Program-made: the position numbers and the translations under genes
The notes under the pieces: generated by a model
The model's database searches: none
What the model was told of the DNA's origin: nothing
What the model saw: only the letters and a program-made list of their open reading frames with translations
Part shown: positions 29,064 to 39,081 of the stretch, in pieces
How positions within the stretch are numbered: position 1 is the first letter of the stretch
Layout: each line of letters begins with the position of its first letter
Origin: a virus
Length of the DNA: 64,000 nt
Reading direction: 5' to 3' (one strand)
IMG/VR virus record: IMGVR_UViG_3300021375_000025
Location: 5,508 to 69,507 of that record

Positions 29064-29567
29064 ATGAAACTGTCAGGAATACTTTTAATTGTTATTATGA
29101 CAATGGGCGGCATTGGATACTGGTATTACACAGATACACAGAAGACTATTGCTGTACTTACAGAAAACAATGCTAAATTAGAAATGGCAGTAGCTACAAA
29201 CGAAGAAACAATAGCAACGATGGCAGCGGATTTTGCTGCTGCCAACGCTGAACTAAAAAGAGTCAATGACGAATTTAATGCTATTCGTCAACAGAATAAT
29301 AGACTAGCAAGTAAACTTGCAGATTTTGATCTAGCATTACTGGCAGCAAGTAAACCAGAATCCATTGAACGTGCAGTTAATAGAGGAACTGCAAATGCAA
29401 GTAGATGTTTCGAATTACTATCAAATGCTCCACTAACAGAGGAAGAACGAAATGCACAAAATGGCGAATCTTTTAACAAAGAGTGTCCTTGGCTTTACGA
29501 TAATTATAGGGCTCGCGGCTTGCTCAACGACCCCGCAGCAAATACAAGTAACGTCGAAGCCAATTGA
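29064..29567 (+). CDS. Inner-membrane spanin (Rz-like)
   Basis: N-terminal TM helix followed by a long coiled coil; directly after the endolysin. Confidence 0.75.
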   Translation: MKLSGILLIVIMTMGGIGYWYYTDTQKTIAVLTENNAKLEMAVATNEETIATMAADFAAANAELKRVNDEFNAIRQQNNRLASKLADFDLALLAASKPESIERAVNRGTANASRCFELLSNAPLTEEERNAQNGESFNKECPWLYDNYRARGLLNDPAANTSNVEAN

Positions 29568-29916
29568 TAAACCTGAACTAGTATTGCCAAATGTTGACCA
29601 AGTCAACATGCGCCGTATTGAATGGGTAATTATCAACGAAGAAAACATGGACGAAAAGATTGCTGAACTTACAGCAGGCGGCGCACCTCTAGCCATATTT
29701 GCACTAACAGCACAAGGCTATGAGAACTTAGGCTTAAACTTCTCAGACATTCGTGCGCTGGTACAACAGCAACAACAGATTATTCTTGCGTATGACAACT
29801 ACTACAAAGCATCTACAAAGGCGTTAGAAGACGCAGAGCTACAAAGACAAGCTCAAGAAGAAGCGGCAGCTGTAGAAGCTGCTAAGAACGGCTTAGACCT
29901 AAATCCTTTTGATTAA
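29452..29916 (+). CDS. Outer-membrane lipoprotein spanin (Rz1-like), overlapping the i-spanin
   Basis: Lipobox GLAA-C after a hydrophobic stretch; starts inside the i-spanin gene in the +1 frame. Confidence 0.75.
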   Translation: MHKMANLLTKSVLGFTIIIGLAACSTTPQQIQVTSKPIDKPELVLPNVDQVNMRRIEWVIINEENMDEKIAELTAGGAPLAIFALTAQGYENLGLNFSDIRALVQQQQQIILAYDNYYKASTKALEDAELQRQAQEEAAAVEAAKNGLDLNPFD

Positions 29917-29918
29917 AC

Positions 29919-29926
29919 GATAAATA
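29919..29926 (+). promoter_or_regulatory. T4-like late promoter (GATAAATA)
   Basis: Intergenic motif upstream of 29951. Confidence 0.7.
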
Positions 29927-29950
29927 TTCATAGTAAAGAGAGGGTTTACT

Positions 29951-30226
29951 ATGGATATGATTTATCGCATGTTCGGCGATACGCTGTGGATATACACAGC
30001 AATCGGCGGATCATTGCTGGGGGCAGCATTTTTAGCATGGTTTAGAAATACACATGCAGCACTTTACCTAATGTCAAAATTTGATGCACTACTAGATGGT
30101 TTAGTAGATCGTTTTGGTTGGGACTTCCTGCAAGACGATCCAGAGGCTTGGCGTAAAAGATATCCTAAAGTAACTAAAAAAGTAGACGAGTTAGAAGCTC
30201 GTATTAAGAAACTAGAGGGAAAATAA
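29951..30226 (+). CDS. Single-TM membrane protein (holin/antiholin candidate)
   Basis: Hydrophobic LWIYTAIGGSLLGAAFLAWF with a charged C-terminal coiled coil; next to the lysis genes. Confidence 0.55.
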   Translation: MDMIYRMFGDTLWIYTAIGGSLLGAAFLAWFRNTHAALYLMSKFDALLDGLVDRFGWDFLQDDPEAWRKRYPKVTKKVDELEARIKKLEGK

Positions 30227-30227
30227 T

Positions 30228-30671
30228 ATGCCACGTAAAAAACCAGAAGAACTAAAAAGTAAAGCTCCAGCAGCAGAACCAGTAGTAGAACCAGTAGCTG
30301 CGCCTGTTGCACAGCCTGAAATTTCGTATGAAAGACCTGCGGGCACAATGACTATCGATAGTGGTGCAATCGGCGGCGCTGATATGAACGGTGATGGACA
30401 CATTTCCAAAGAAGAAATGGAGATGCACTTAGAGTTCAAAAGAAAAGAACTAGAAGATCAAGATGCTATGCGTGACGCACAGCGTAACATGACTTGGTTT
30501 GCACTATTTGGACTATTACTATATCCATTTGCAGTAGTTGGTGCAAGTTTTGTAGGACTGTCGGAGGCAGCAAAAGTATTAGGATCAATGGCGCCAACAT
30601 ATTTTGTTGCCGTTGCTGGTATTGTTGCAGCATTCTTTGGTGCACAAGCATACAAAGGCAAAGGCAAGTAA
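30228..30671 (+). CDS. Two-TM membrane protein with a canonical EF-hand loop (holin candidate)
   Basis: DMNGDGHISKEE EF-hand loop; two C-terminal TM helices and a basic tail. Confidence 0.65.
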   Translation: MPRKKPEELKSKAPAAEPVVEPVAAPVAQPEISYERPAGTMTIDSGAIGGADMNGDGHISKEEMEMHLEFKRKELEDQDAMRDAQRNMTWFALFGLLLYPFAVVGASFVGLSEAAKVLGSMAPTYFVAVAGIVAAFFGAQAYKGKGK

Positions 30672-30705
30672 CTAATCATTACTAACAAAATGTAATAGTC
30701 CATAC

Positions 30706-30713
30706 GATAAGTA
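30706..30713 (+). promoter_or_regulatory. T4-like late promoter (GATAAGTA), 5 nt before the dnaJ ATG
   Basis: No RBS between the motif and ATG 30719. Confidence 0.6.
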
Positions 30714-30718
30714 AATGT

Positions 30719-31528
30719 ATGGACTATTATAATATCTTAGGTGTTCCGAGAACAGCCACTCCAGAAGAGATTAAAAAAGCTTATCGCAAACTTGCGATGG
30801 CTAATCATCCTGATCGTACAGGCGGCGATGATGCTAAATTCAAACAAATAAGCGAAGCATACGAAATCCTAAGCAATAGCGATAAGCGTAATGCATACGA
30901 TAATCCACAGCCTAATTTTAATCAACAAAGACAACGTAATCCGTTTAGTGGATCACCATTTGAACATATGTTCGGACAAGGTTTTTCTCAACAACATCAG
31001 ACTCCGCGTAATAGAGATATAAGTGTTCACGCTGATATATCCTTATCTGATGTTTTAACTGGTAAAAATTTAATAATACAATATCATCTTAGTAGTGGAA
31101 AATTAGAAACTGTAACTGTTGACGTTCCTGCTGGAGCTAAACACGGTGATACAATACAATACGAAGGACTAGGAGATGTAGGACATTCGAGATATCCTAG
31201 AGGTAATTTACATGTAAGAATTAGAATTAAAAAAAGCCGCATTTGGCAAAGAGAACAAGACAATTTATTCATAAAAAAAACAGTAAATATATTTGACTTA
31301 TTGCTAGGATGTGTTATAATAATTACAACATTAGATGAAAAGAGACTGGAAATAAAAATTCCACAAGGCACAAGTCCAGGCGCAAAATTTAGTATACCAA
31401 ATTATGGATTTCCTAATATCCAATCTAGAAAAAGAGGTACGTTGTACGTAGAAATCCAGGCAGAAATGCCAAAAATAACAGATGTTGATGTATTAAATAA
31501 GATACATCAAATAAAAAACGAAATATAA
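30719..31528 (+). CDS. dnaJ: DnaJ/CbpA-type co-chaperone (class B, no zinc finger)
   Basis: DYYNILGV...[14 protein letters not shown]-domain, G/F/Q linker, C-terminal beta domains. Confidence 0.92.
   Translation: MDYYNILGVPRTATPEEIKKAYRKLAMANHPDRTGGDDAKFKQISEAYEILSNSDKRNAYDNPQPNFNQQRQRNPFSGSPFEHMFGQGFSQQHQTPRNRDISVHADISLSDVLTGKNLIIQYHLSSGKLETVTVDVPAGAKHGDTIQYEGLGDVGHSRYPRGNLHVRIRIKKSRIWQREQDNLFIKKTVNIFDLLLGCVIIITTLDEKRLEIKIPQGTSPGAKFSIPNYGFPNIQSRKRGTLYVEIQAEMPKITDVDVLNKIHQIKNEI
31293..31320 (+). promoter_or_regulatory. Internal sigma70-type promoter (TTGACT-N16-TATAAT, extended -10) inside dnaJ, upstream of clpA
   Basis: TTGACT at 31293-31298, TG at 31312-31313, TATAAT at 31315-31320. Confidence 0.55.
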
Positions 31529-31548
31529 TAAGAGGACTATAAAATACT

Positions 31549-33798
31549 ATGGTAGAACCTAGCAAAGAACTACAACTTGTTTTTGACAAATCAATCAAAG
31601 ATGCACAGAAATTACAACACGAATATGTAACTCTTGAACACTTGTTATATGCAATGTTTTGTGAAGAAAATTTTGTCAACGTTCTCACAATGTTTGGAGC
31701 AGACATTGATTATATCAAAGCAAATCTTGAGCATCATCTTAAGACGCAGTGTGATGATATAAAAACAGAAGAGACTAAATTTAAACCTAAAAAAACACAG
31801 ACTGTTGAACGTGTACTAAACCGTGCTTTTACACAAGTACTTTTTGCAGGGCGGCAACACATTGAATTAACAGATGTGCTTGTAAGTATCCTTAATGAAA
31901 AGAAAAGTATTAGTTCATATTATCTAGAAAAAGGCGGCGTAGATAAAACTAAGTTTTCTGATTTTATTAATAATGAGCTAGAAGACGGACCGGTTGAGGA
32001 AGAAGAAATGTCAAGCGAGGCACGTAGAGCATTACGTGCATTTACTACTAACTTAAATGATCAAGTCAAGCGAGGTAAAGTAGATCCTATTATCGGGAGA
32101 GCCGAAGAACTAGAAAGTCTTGCACTTGCATTAGGTCGTCGTTCAAAGAACAATGTGCTAATGGTAGGTGATCCAGGTGTTGGTAAGACTGCTATTGCAG
32201 AAGGTCTTGCATTTAAAATTGAACAAAACGATGTACCCGAATTTTTGCAAGAGTATAAAGTATATAATTTAGATATCGGTGCTATGCTTGCTGGGTCAAA
32301 GTATCGCGGAGACTTTGAAGAACGCTTTAAACTAGTGCTACAAGCACTTACAAAGCAAGGCAAAACAATTATGTTTATCGACGAAGCACACATGATGCAA
32401 GGCGCAGGTGCAGCAGGCGGCAATAGTTCTAACGATCTTGCTAACATGCTTAAACCTGCACTTACCAAAGGTGATTTAAAAGTTGTTGCATCAACTACTT
32501 GGGAAGAATATCGCAAGAGTTTTGAAAAAGACCGTGCATTGATGCGCAGATTTCAGCGTGTAGTTGTTAGTGAACCTACTCCAGAAGTTACTAAAGACAT
32601 CCTACGTGGTATTAAGAAATACTACGAAGATTATCATAATACTGAAATTACCGAAGAAGCTATTGCTGCTGCTGTAAAATTAAGCGTTAAATACCAGTCA
32701 GATAAAAAATTACCTGATAAAGCAATCGATTTGATTGACGTTGCTTGTGCTAGATTTAAACTTAATGACAATCACGAAGGTGACATGATTGTAGGCGAAG
32801 CAGAAATTCAATTCGAACTTGCTAAAATGATTAATCTACCAGCTGAACAAGTAGCTGAAAAAGAAACAAGCAATCTTGCAAATCTTCAAGATAATATCAA
32901 GAAAGTTGTTTATGGTCAAGATACTGCTATTGAAAGTATTGTAGACAAGATTCTTGTTAGTCAAGCAGGACTTAAACCAGATGATAAACCAGTAGGTGCA
33001 TTTGTGTTTATGGGACCAACTGGTACTGGTAAAACTGAAACAGCTAAGGCACTTGCTAATCAACTTGGTGTAAAACTCGTACGTATTGATATGAGCGAAT
33101 ACATGGAAAAGCATAGTGTGAGTAAGCTAATTGGTAGCCCTCCGGGGTATGTAGGTCACGAAGATAACGCAGGTATCTTGATTAATAAACTGCAAGAATC
33201 GCCTAACTGTGTACTATTGCTCGACGAGATTGAAAAAGCACACCCTGATGTTAGTCAGATCTTGTTGCAGATTATGGACAATGGTAAAATCACAGGTTCG
33301 AATGGTAAAGAAGCAGATGCACGTAACTGTACACTAATCCTTACAACTAACCTAGGTGCTAAGGATGCTGAAAAGAATACTATTGGCTTTGGCGGTGATG
33401 ATACAGAGCATGTCTACGAAGACAAAGCTCTTAAGAAATTCTTTAGTCCAGAGTTCCGCAACAGACTTGATGGTGTAATTACATTTGCAAGCCTAGGTAA
33501 GCCTGTGATGATGAAAATTGTTGGTAAGTTCTTGCTCGACCTTAAAAATATGGTCAAAGACAAAGGCATCACAATTACTGTTAGTGACGATGCACTTGAT
33601 CATCTTGTAGACAAAGGATTTGATCCTAAAATGGGAGCAAGACCATTGCAGCGTGTAATTGATAGAGATATCAAACGTCCACTGTCTAAGCAAATTTTGT
33701 TCGGAGATCTAAAAAACGGCGGCACAGTTAATATTGATTTTAAAGACGATGAATTAGTTTTAAATTGTGTTAATGAGACGGCAGTTGAAACATTTTGA
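31549..33798 (+). CDS. clpA: ATP-dependent Clp protease ATP-binding subunit ClpA
   Basis: Clp N-domain (HEYVTLEHLL), two AAA+ modules (GDPGVGKT, GPTGTGKT), IGF ClpP-docking loop, no ClpB middle domain. Confidence 0.95.
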   Translation: MVEPSKELQLVFDKSIKDAQKLQHEYVTLEHLLYAMFCEENFVNVLTMFGADIDYIKANLEHHLKTQCDDIKTEETKFKPKKTQTVERVLNRAFTQVLFAGRQHIELTDVLVSILNEKKSISSYYLEKGGVDKTKFSDFINNELEDGPVEEEEMSSEARRALRAFTTNLNDQVKRGKVDPIIGRAEELESLALALGRRSKNNVLMVGDPGVGKTAIAEGLAFKIEQNDVPEFLQEYKVYNLDIGAMLAGSKYRGDFEERFKLVLQALTKQGKTIMFIDEAHMMQGAGAAGGNSSNDLANMLKPALTKGDLKVVASTTWEEYRKSFEKDRALMRRFQRVVVSEPTPEVTKDILRGIKKYYEDYHNTEITEEAIAAAVKLSVKYQSDKKLPDKAIDLIDVACARFKLNDNHEGDMIVGEAEIQFELAKMINLPAEQVAEKETSNLANLQDNIKKVVYGQDTAIESIVDKILVSQAGLKPDDKPVGAFVFMGPTGTGKTETAKALANQLGVKLVRIDMSEYMEKHSVSKLIGSPPGYVGHEDNAGILINKLQESPNCVLLLDEIEKAHPDVSQILLQIMDNGKITGSNGKEADARNCTLILTTNLGAKDAEKNTIGFGGDDTEHVYEDKALKKFFSPEFRNRLDGVITFASLGKPVMMKIVGKFLLDLKNMVKDKGITITVSDDALDHLVDKGFDPKMGARPLQRVIDRDIKRPLSKQILFGDLKNGGTVNIDFKDDELVLNCVNETAVETF

Positions 33799-34477
33799 AT
33801 CAACTAAGTTGTTCTATTCGGAATACCTTTATAAATTGGTATTCCGAAATGAACTTAATGTTATCTTTCGAAATGAGCTTCAGAAAAAAGAAAAGTTAAG
33901 TTATGCAAGAAGCCAACTAGATTCACTAACCGAACAGTATCGAAATAATGATCCTTTGTATAAAAAGGCATGGCGAACAGATGTTTCTGTTGATATAAAT
34001 GATTATTTTGATGCAATGGCAGTTTACAATACTTTAAAGAAGACTGATGAATATAAAATAAGAATAGATCTATATTCAACAATTACGTTGTTTAGTAATA
34101 ATAAAGATTTTTTGCTAGAGTTAGGTAATAAACTAAAGACAGATTCGGCTGAATTTCATCAACCTAATCCTGATTATATAGATATTTTAAAATCTAACGC
34201 TAAAATACAAATTGTAGACGTTCCTCCAAAATTACCTATAAAAGTCTGGTTTAATAGTAATCGAATTAATACCGATTTTGCAAATTGGTTACGAGCAAAC
34301 AATGATAAGTGTAAAATAGGTACAATTGCATTAGAAAGTTTAGAAAACTATGGCTACTTAAATGGATTATATATCTATTTAAGAGACGAAAAGGTTTTAA
34401 ATCTTGTAACATTACTTGCAGGCGCAAGTATTCGTAGTGTAGAGAAATTGGTATACAAAGACGATATTGATAAATAG
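33773..34477 (+). CDS. Hypothetical phage protein
   Basis: About 234 aa, overlapping the clpA end; exact start uncertain. Confidence 0.7.
   Translation: MRRQLKHFESTKLFYSEYLYKLVFRNELNVIFRNELQKKEKLSYARSQLDSLTEQYRNNDPLYKKAWRTDVSVDINDYFDAMAVYNTLKKTDEYKIRIDLYSTITLFSNNKDFLLELGNKLKTDSAEFHQPNPDYIDILKSNAKIQIVDVPPKLPIKVWFNSNRINTDFANWLRANNDKCKIGTIALESLENYGYLNGLYIYLRDEKVLNLVTLLAGASIRSVEKLVYKDDIDK
34469..34476 (+). promoter_or_regulatory. T4-like late promoter (GATAAATA), 5 nt before ATG 34482
   Basis: Overlaps the upstream stop codon; no RBS. Confidence 0.65.
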
Positions 34478-34481
34478 TTAT

Positions 34482-34904
34482 ATGTCCAATAATAGCACAA
34501 TACTTATACCGCAAACTACATATACAGGTCCAGGATCTCAAACTTTGAATGGTGAAAAATTCAAAGGCGACGGTTATTATGGACGTACAGACGGTCTGCA
34601 TACTGTGCAAATAAACACTACTGGCTTTACCGGCGCTGTTTCTTTTCAAGGTACACTAGAAATAGATCCAGGTGAACAAGACTGGTCTACTATTTTTATC
34701 AATGATGTTAATTCTAATACACTGGGATCTGTAGATACAACTGGAGCAGTTGTTCAGTCGGCAGGAACAACTATATCTGCATTAGATTTAACTAATAATA
34801 CTGGAAGTCTTAACTATAATTTTACAGGTAACTATGTTTGGGTTAGAGCGAGAATTACTGATTGGACGCAAGGTATTGTAAACAGTATATATATGAATAA
34901 CTAA
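34482..34904 (+). CDS. Putative virion protein (beta-sandwich-like)
   Basis: MSNNSTILIP...KGDGYYGRTDGLHTVQ...NFTGNYVWVRA; late promoter. Confidence 0.7.
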   Translation: MSNNSTILIPQTTYTGPGSQTLNGEKFKGDGYYGRTDGLHTVQINTTGFTGAVSFQGTLEIDPGEQDWSTIFINDVNSNTLGSVDTTGAVVQSAGTTISALDLTNNTGSLNYNFTGNYVWVRARITDWTQGIVNSIYMNN

Positions 34905-34914
34905 GGATGAGGGC

Positions 34915-36780
34915 ATGGCAAAGCAGACAATTAATTTAGGTTCAGGTGAACTAGCAGGCGATGGCGAAAGCCTTCGTTCGGCCTTTTCTAAAACTAATGA
35001 TAACTTTAACGAAGTATATGCTCTTTCCGAAGCCAACAATCTAAGTAACGTATCTCAAGATATTATTCCATCTGCAAATGAAGTATACGATCTAGGTTCA
35101 CCTACACGAAGATTTAAAGATTTGCATTTAAGTGGCGACACAATTTACTTAGGTGAGGGACAAATTAGTATTACTGAAGACGGTACTATTGAATTTAGCG
35201 GCGATGCACGACAAGTTGAACTAGTACAAAAAGATATCGTAGGCGATGTGTTTTCCGAAGATAGTACACTTATTATCAACGGTGGCACCGGACATGTTTT
35301 AAACTTGAACGGGCTTCCGCCTAGCTACTACCTAGATTACAACAACTTCATTAATGCTCCGGTATTTAGTTTTAATACAATAACAGATAAACCAGGTATT
35401 GACGATATACTAGGTATTAGTAATACTTCATCTAGATCACTAACCGTTGGGTCAATTGAAACTGGTCAGATTATCGGTAATGGTGCTGACGGTATTACTA
35501 ACATTGTTAATGTAACTTCATTATCGGGCGACTTAAATAATTTCTTAAACATTGCCGGATCTGGCGCTGGCAATATAGCTGGCTATGCAAATATTGTAGG
35601 ATCTAGTACAGGCGAAATTATCGGCTTTACAAATGTTACAACGTCTACTAAGATGACTATAGGCACAACTGAATGGAATGCTACTGACATTACTAACTGG
35701 AACACTGCATATAGCTGGGGCGATCACGCACAGCAGAATTACGCAACAGAAACATATGTTGATAGTGGAATTAATGCCGCAGTTTTAGGACAAGGTTTTG
35801 CTGACACTGCATATGTTAATCTTGCTATTAATCAATTAAAAAATAATGCTCCTGTTACATTAGATACATTGGGTGAAATTGCAGCAGCTATTAATAACGA
35901 TCCTGATTACTATACTACAGTTAACACTGCACTTGCAACGAAACTAAATGTTGCTGATTTTAATTCTACATTTGACACTCGTCTTGCAACTAAAACTACA
36001 AGTAATATTGCAGAAGGTACTAATTTATATTATACTGATGCCCGTGTTAACACATTATTGGATACAAAAACTACAAATAATATTACAGAAGGTACTAATC
36101 TATATTATACTGATACTCGTGTTAACACATTATTGGACACAAAAGGTTATGCAACAGAAACATATGTAGGAGAGCAAGTATCAGCATTAATAGACACTGC
36201 TCCCGAAACATTAGACACACTAAACGAATTAGCAGCAGCGCTCGGAGACGATGCAAACTTTTCAACAACTATTACTAATTCAATTGCAACTAAACTTGCA
36301 ATAGCCGACTTTAGTACTACATTTGATACTAACCTTGCAGCTAAAACTACTACAAATTTAGATGAAGGTACTAATTTATATTATACCGATGCTCGGGTAA
36401 AAGCTGCAATAAGCGCAACTGGCGATATATCATATAATTCAGAAACTGGTGTTATTAGCTTCGGAAATACAAGTGGATTTCTTACTTCTGTATTGTTTAC
36501 AGATGTCGAAACAAGTGCATATCTAACATCTTTAAACACATGGGTAGTAGATGCAGACGATAAATTAGTCACTGCGGCAGCAGTTCAAGGACGCATCCAA
36601 GAAGAAACACTAGATACAATTACAGCAAGAGGCGCGACAACTACTAATGACATTACAGCAAATGACATTATAATAAATGGTGCTACTTTAAATAGTATAA
36701 CCAGTACTAACAGTTATATTGATTTCAACAATAAAGAATTGAGAAATGTAACTTTTGATTTCGGTAGTTACGGGGTGTAA
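34915..36780 (+). CDS. Tail-fibre protein with a gp9/gp10-like N-terminus
   Basis: MAKQTINLG...GDGESLRSAFSKTNDNFNEVY; two AP.TLDTL.E.AAA...D fibre motifs; three EGTNLYYTD.R repeats. Confidence 0.75.
   Translation: MAKQTINLGSGELAGDGESLRSAFSKTNDNFNEVYALSEANNLSNVSQDIIPSANEVYDLGSPTRRFKDLHLSGDTIYLGEGQISITEDGTIEFSGDARQVELVQKDIVGDVFSEDSTLIINGGTGHVLNLNGLPPSYYLDYNNFINAPVFSFNTITDKPGIDDILGISNTSSRSLTVGSIETGQIIGNGADGITNIVNVTSLSGDLNNFLNIAGSGAGNIAGYANIVGSSTGEIIGFTNVTTSTKMTIGTTEWNATDITNWNTAYSWGDHAQQNYATETYVDSGINAAVLGQGFADTAYVNLAINQLKNNAPVTLDTLGEIAAAINNDPDYYTTVNTALATKLNVADFNSTFDTRLATKTTSNIAEGTNLYYTDARVNTLLDTKTTNNITEGTNLYYTDTRVNTLLDTKGYATETYVGEQVSALIDTAPETLDTLNELAAALGDDANFSTTITNSIATKLAIADFSTTFDTNLAAKTTTNLDEGTNLYYTDARVKAAISATGDISYNSETGVISFGNTSGFLTSVLFTDVETSAYLTSLNTWVVDADDKLVTAAAVQGRIQEETLDTITARGATTTNDITANDIIINGATLNSITSTNSYIDFNNKELRNVTFDFGSYGV
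36004..36144 (+). repeat. Tandem 66-nt near-identical repeat, 75-nt period (EGTNLYYTD.RVNTLLDTK)
   Basis: 36004-36069 versus 36079-36144, a few substitutions. Confidence 0.85.
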
Positions 36781-36786
36781 TAAATA
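36779..36786 (+). promoter_or_regulatory. T4-like late promoter (AATAAATA)
   Basis: Intergenic, upstream of a GAGGAG RBS and GTG 36805. Confidence 0.55.
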
Positions 36787-36804
36787 TGTTAAGAGGAGTT
36801 AAAA

Positions 36805-39072
36805 GTGTCGCAAATTTTATTTAAAAGAAATACAAGTCCAGGTGTTGTGCCTACAACTAGTGAGCTAGCACTTGGTGAGTTAGCTATTAATACATTTGAC
36901 GGCGCCCTATTTACAAAAGTAAATAGATCAGGTACAGAACAAATTGTAACAGTTGGCGGACAAACTGGACAAGAAGGTACTATATACGTTGCTAAAAATG
37001 GTAATGACGATAACGATGGTCTTACATCAAATAGTTCAGTAGCTACTATTGCAAAAGCAGCTCAAATAGCAGCAGACAGTGTATTTTCTCCTGTAATTGC
37101 ACCCGCAGACGGTTTCTACAGTGCAATATCTTTAATTAAAACTAATAGAGAATTCATTCAAAAAGAAACAATTGCATTTGTTAACAGCATATTTCCTACA
37201 TTAGAATACAACGAAGTTAAGTGCGAAAGAGACGTAGGACTTATTATTGATGCAATGCTAGTTGACTTAGAGTTCGGCGGCAATGAAGAAAGTGTATTTG
37301 CAGGAAGAAGTTATCTTAATTATATAGGCACAGTTATCGAAGGCGAAGTAACAGCTACTTCTAGTGCTCTTGCATTTGTAAAAACAACAGCAAGGCAAAT
37401 TGCAAGAAATTCATTAATTGGATTTACATATCAAACAAATATAACACAAACAGTTGACGAAACACTAACGAACGGTGTTGCTGCTGATTCTAGAATTATT
37501 GAACTTATTGATATTAGTATAACAGCAGTTTCTCAAGGCGAAGATGGGCTACCAGAAATAATTGAAAATCAAATAACTATAGTTTATCAAACAATTAAAG
37601 TTGCAAGCGGTGACTACACTGAAATTAATCCAATACAACTATCTCCTTATACTGCAATTGTTGGTGATAGCCTAAGAACTGTAACAGTTCGTCCTACAAC
37701 TACTACAAGCGATTTATTTCACGTAACACATGGCGATTATTTGTCAGATATGACATTCAGCGGACACACTTCGCCAGGTGCAGCAATTGCATTTAATCCA
37801 AAAGGCGATACTTTCTTGCAACGCAGTGTAGAAGCATGGCGTTCACCATACATCCAAAACTGTACAAGCAAAACTACTACAGGCACAGGTATGCGTGTAG
37901 ACGGCAGTGTTGCAGGCGGCTTGCGCAGTATGGTTGTAGATAGTTATACACAATATAATGAAGGCGGCATTGGTGTACACTTACTCAATAGAGGTTATGC
38001 ACAGTTGGTTTCCGTATTTACAATTTGCTGCCAAGATGCTTTCCTTGCAGAAAGTGGCGGCTTTTGTTCAATTACTAACTCTAACAGCTCATTTGGAACT
38101 AACGGATTAAGAGCAACTGGTGTTAGTAAATCTTTATATTCGGGTACAACTTTAGGTGCAACTCAAACAGGTAATACAATTACTGTTGACGGATTAATAA
38201 TACGCCCTAATGTAGGCGATGCAGTTAAATTTGCTGGTGATGATTTTTACTACACTATTGACGCAGCATCAAGCTTGTTTGAAACTGTAAATGCCGGTAG
38301 CTTTACAAACGCTGCGGCAATTTATGGAGCAAATGCTGCATATATAGGTGACTATATAACAGACTGGGTTGATACTAACTACCCTAGTCTAAATTACGAC
38401 ACTGCTAAATGCAAAAGAGATGTAGGTCTAATTGTTAATGCTATTGCAGCTGACTTGGTTTCGGGCGGAGTTGAAGAATCAGATAAAGCAGCAAATGCAT
38501 ATTGGGCAGGTACACAAAGTGCAGTACTAGGTCAAATAGACGAAACTGCTGCTGCAATTGCACAAATAGCTACAATTACAACTGCAATACTAGCACAGAC
38601 AGCACCTGGAATGGTAACAAACATTGGAATCACTGCTGAAGAAGGTGCAGAAGCTATCATTAATGGAATTATCAATGATATTAATAATGCAATTACAAGA
38701 ACCTCTGCAGGTACAAGTACACTTACTCTTGCAGAATCGGTAGTAAATGCATTATCAGAGAATACAGTAGTGAGCTTCCATCAAAGAAGTTTAATTAGTG
38801 CTTCGTCACATACGTTTGAATTTGTCGGAACAGGAAATCAAATTGAACTAGCAGTGCCGTATTTAGGCGGACGTCCTATACAAGAAAATGAAGTAATTGA
38901 AGACGCCAATGGCGCAGGCAGAGTAAACTTTACAAGTACTGACCAACGAGGAGACTTTAGAATTGGTCAAGAACTTGTGATCGAAAGAGCAACAGGAACC
39001 ATCAGTGGTAGAACATTCAACAGAAGTTTGTTTGCGGTGATGACTCCATATATACTAGCAATAGGTGATTAA
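36805..39072 (+). CDS. Virion structural protein (beta-helix-like), shorter paralogue of the 1..6009 protein
   Basis: N-terminal fibre motif LALGELAINTFDG.LF; shared KC.RDVGLI, SPYIQ and STDQ.G.FR.G blocks. Confidence 0.75.
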   Translation: MSQILFKRNTSPGVVPTTSELALGELAINTFDGALFTKVNRSGTEQIVTVGGQTGQEGTIYVAKNGNDDNDGLTSNSSVATIAKAAQIAADSVFSPVIAPADGFYSAISLIKTNREFIQKETIAFVNSIFPTLEYNEVKCERDVGLIIDAMLVDLEFGGNEESVFAGRSYLNYIGTVIEGEVTATSSALAFVKTTARQIARNSLIGFTYQTNITQTVDETLTNGVAADSRIIELIDISITAVSQGEDGLPEIIENQITIVYQTIKVASGDYTEINPIQLSPYTAIVGDSLRTVTVRPTTTTSDLFHVTHGDYLSDMTFSGHTSPGAAIAFNPKGDTFLQRSVEAWRSPYIQNCTSKTTTGTGMRVDGSVAGGLRSMVVDSYTQYNEGGIGVHLLNRGYAQLVSVFTICCQDAFLAESGGFCSITNSNSSFGTNGLRATGVSKSLYSGTTLGATQTGNTITVDGLIIRPNVGDAVKFAGDDFYYTIDAASSLFETVNAGSFTNAAAIYGANAAYIGDYITDWVDTNYPSLNYDTAKCKRDVGLIVNAIAADLVSGGVEESDKAANAYWAGTQSAVLGQIDETAAAIAQIATITTAILAQTAPGMVTNIGITAEEGAEAIINGIINDINNAITRTSAGTSTLTLAESVVNALSENTVVSFHQRSLISASSHTFEFVGTGNQIELAVPYLGGRPIQENEVIEDANGAGRVNFTSTDQRGDFRIGQELVIERATGTISGRTFNRSLFAVMTPYILAIGD

Positions 39073-39081
39073 GGAAAAAAA

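Noticed and set aside
23699-33798. Cellular (bacterial chromosome) origin suggested by fdxA, folA, thyA, dnaJ and clpA
   Set aside because: These are interleaved with a gp44-like clamp loader, lysis cassette, late promoter motifs and tail genes with similar composition, so they are phage-borne.
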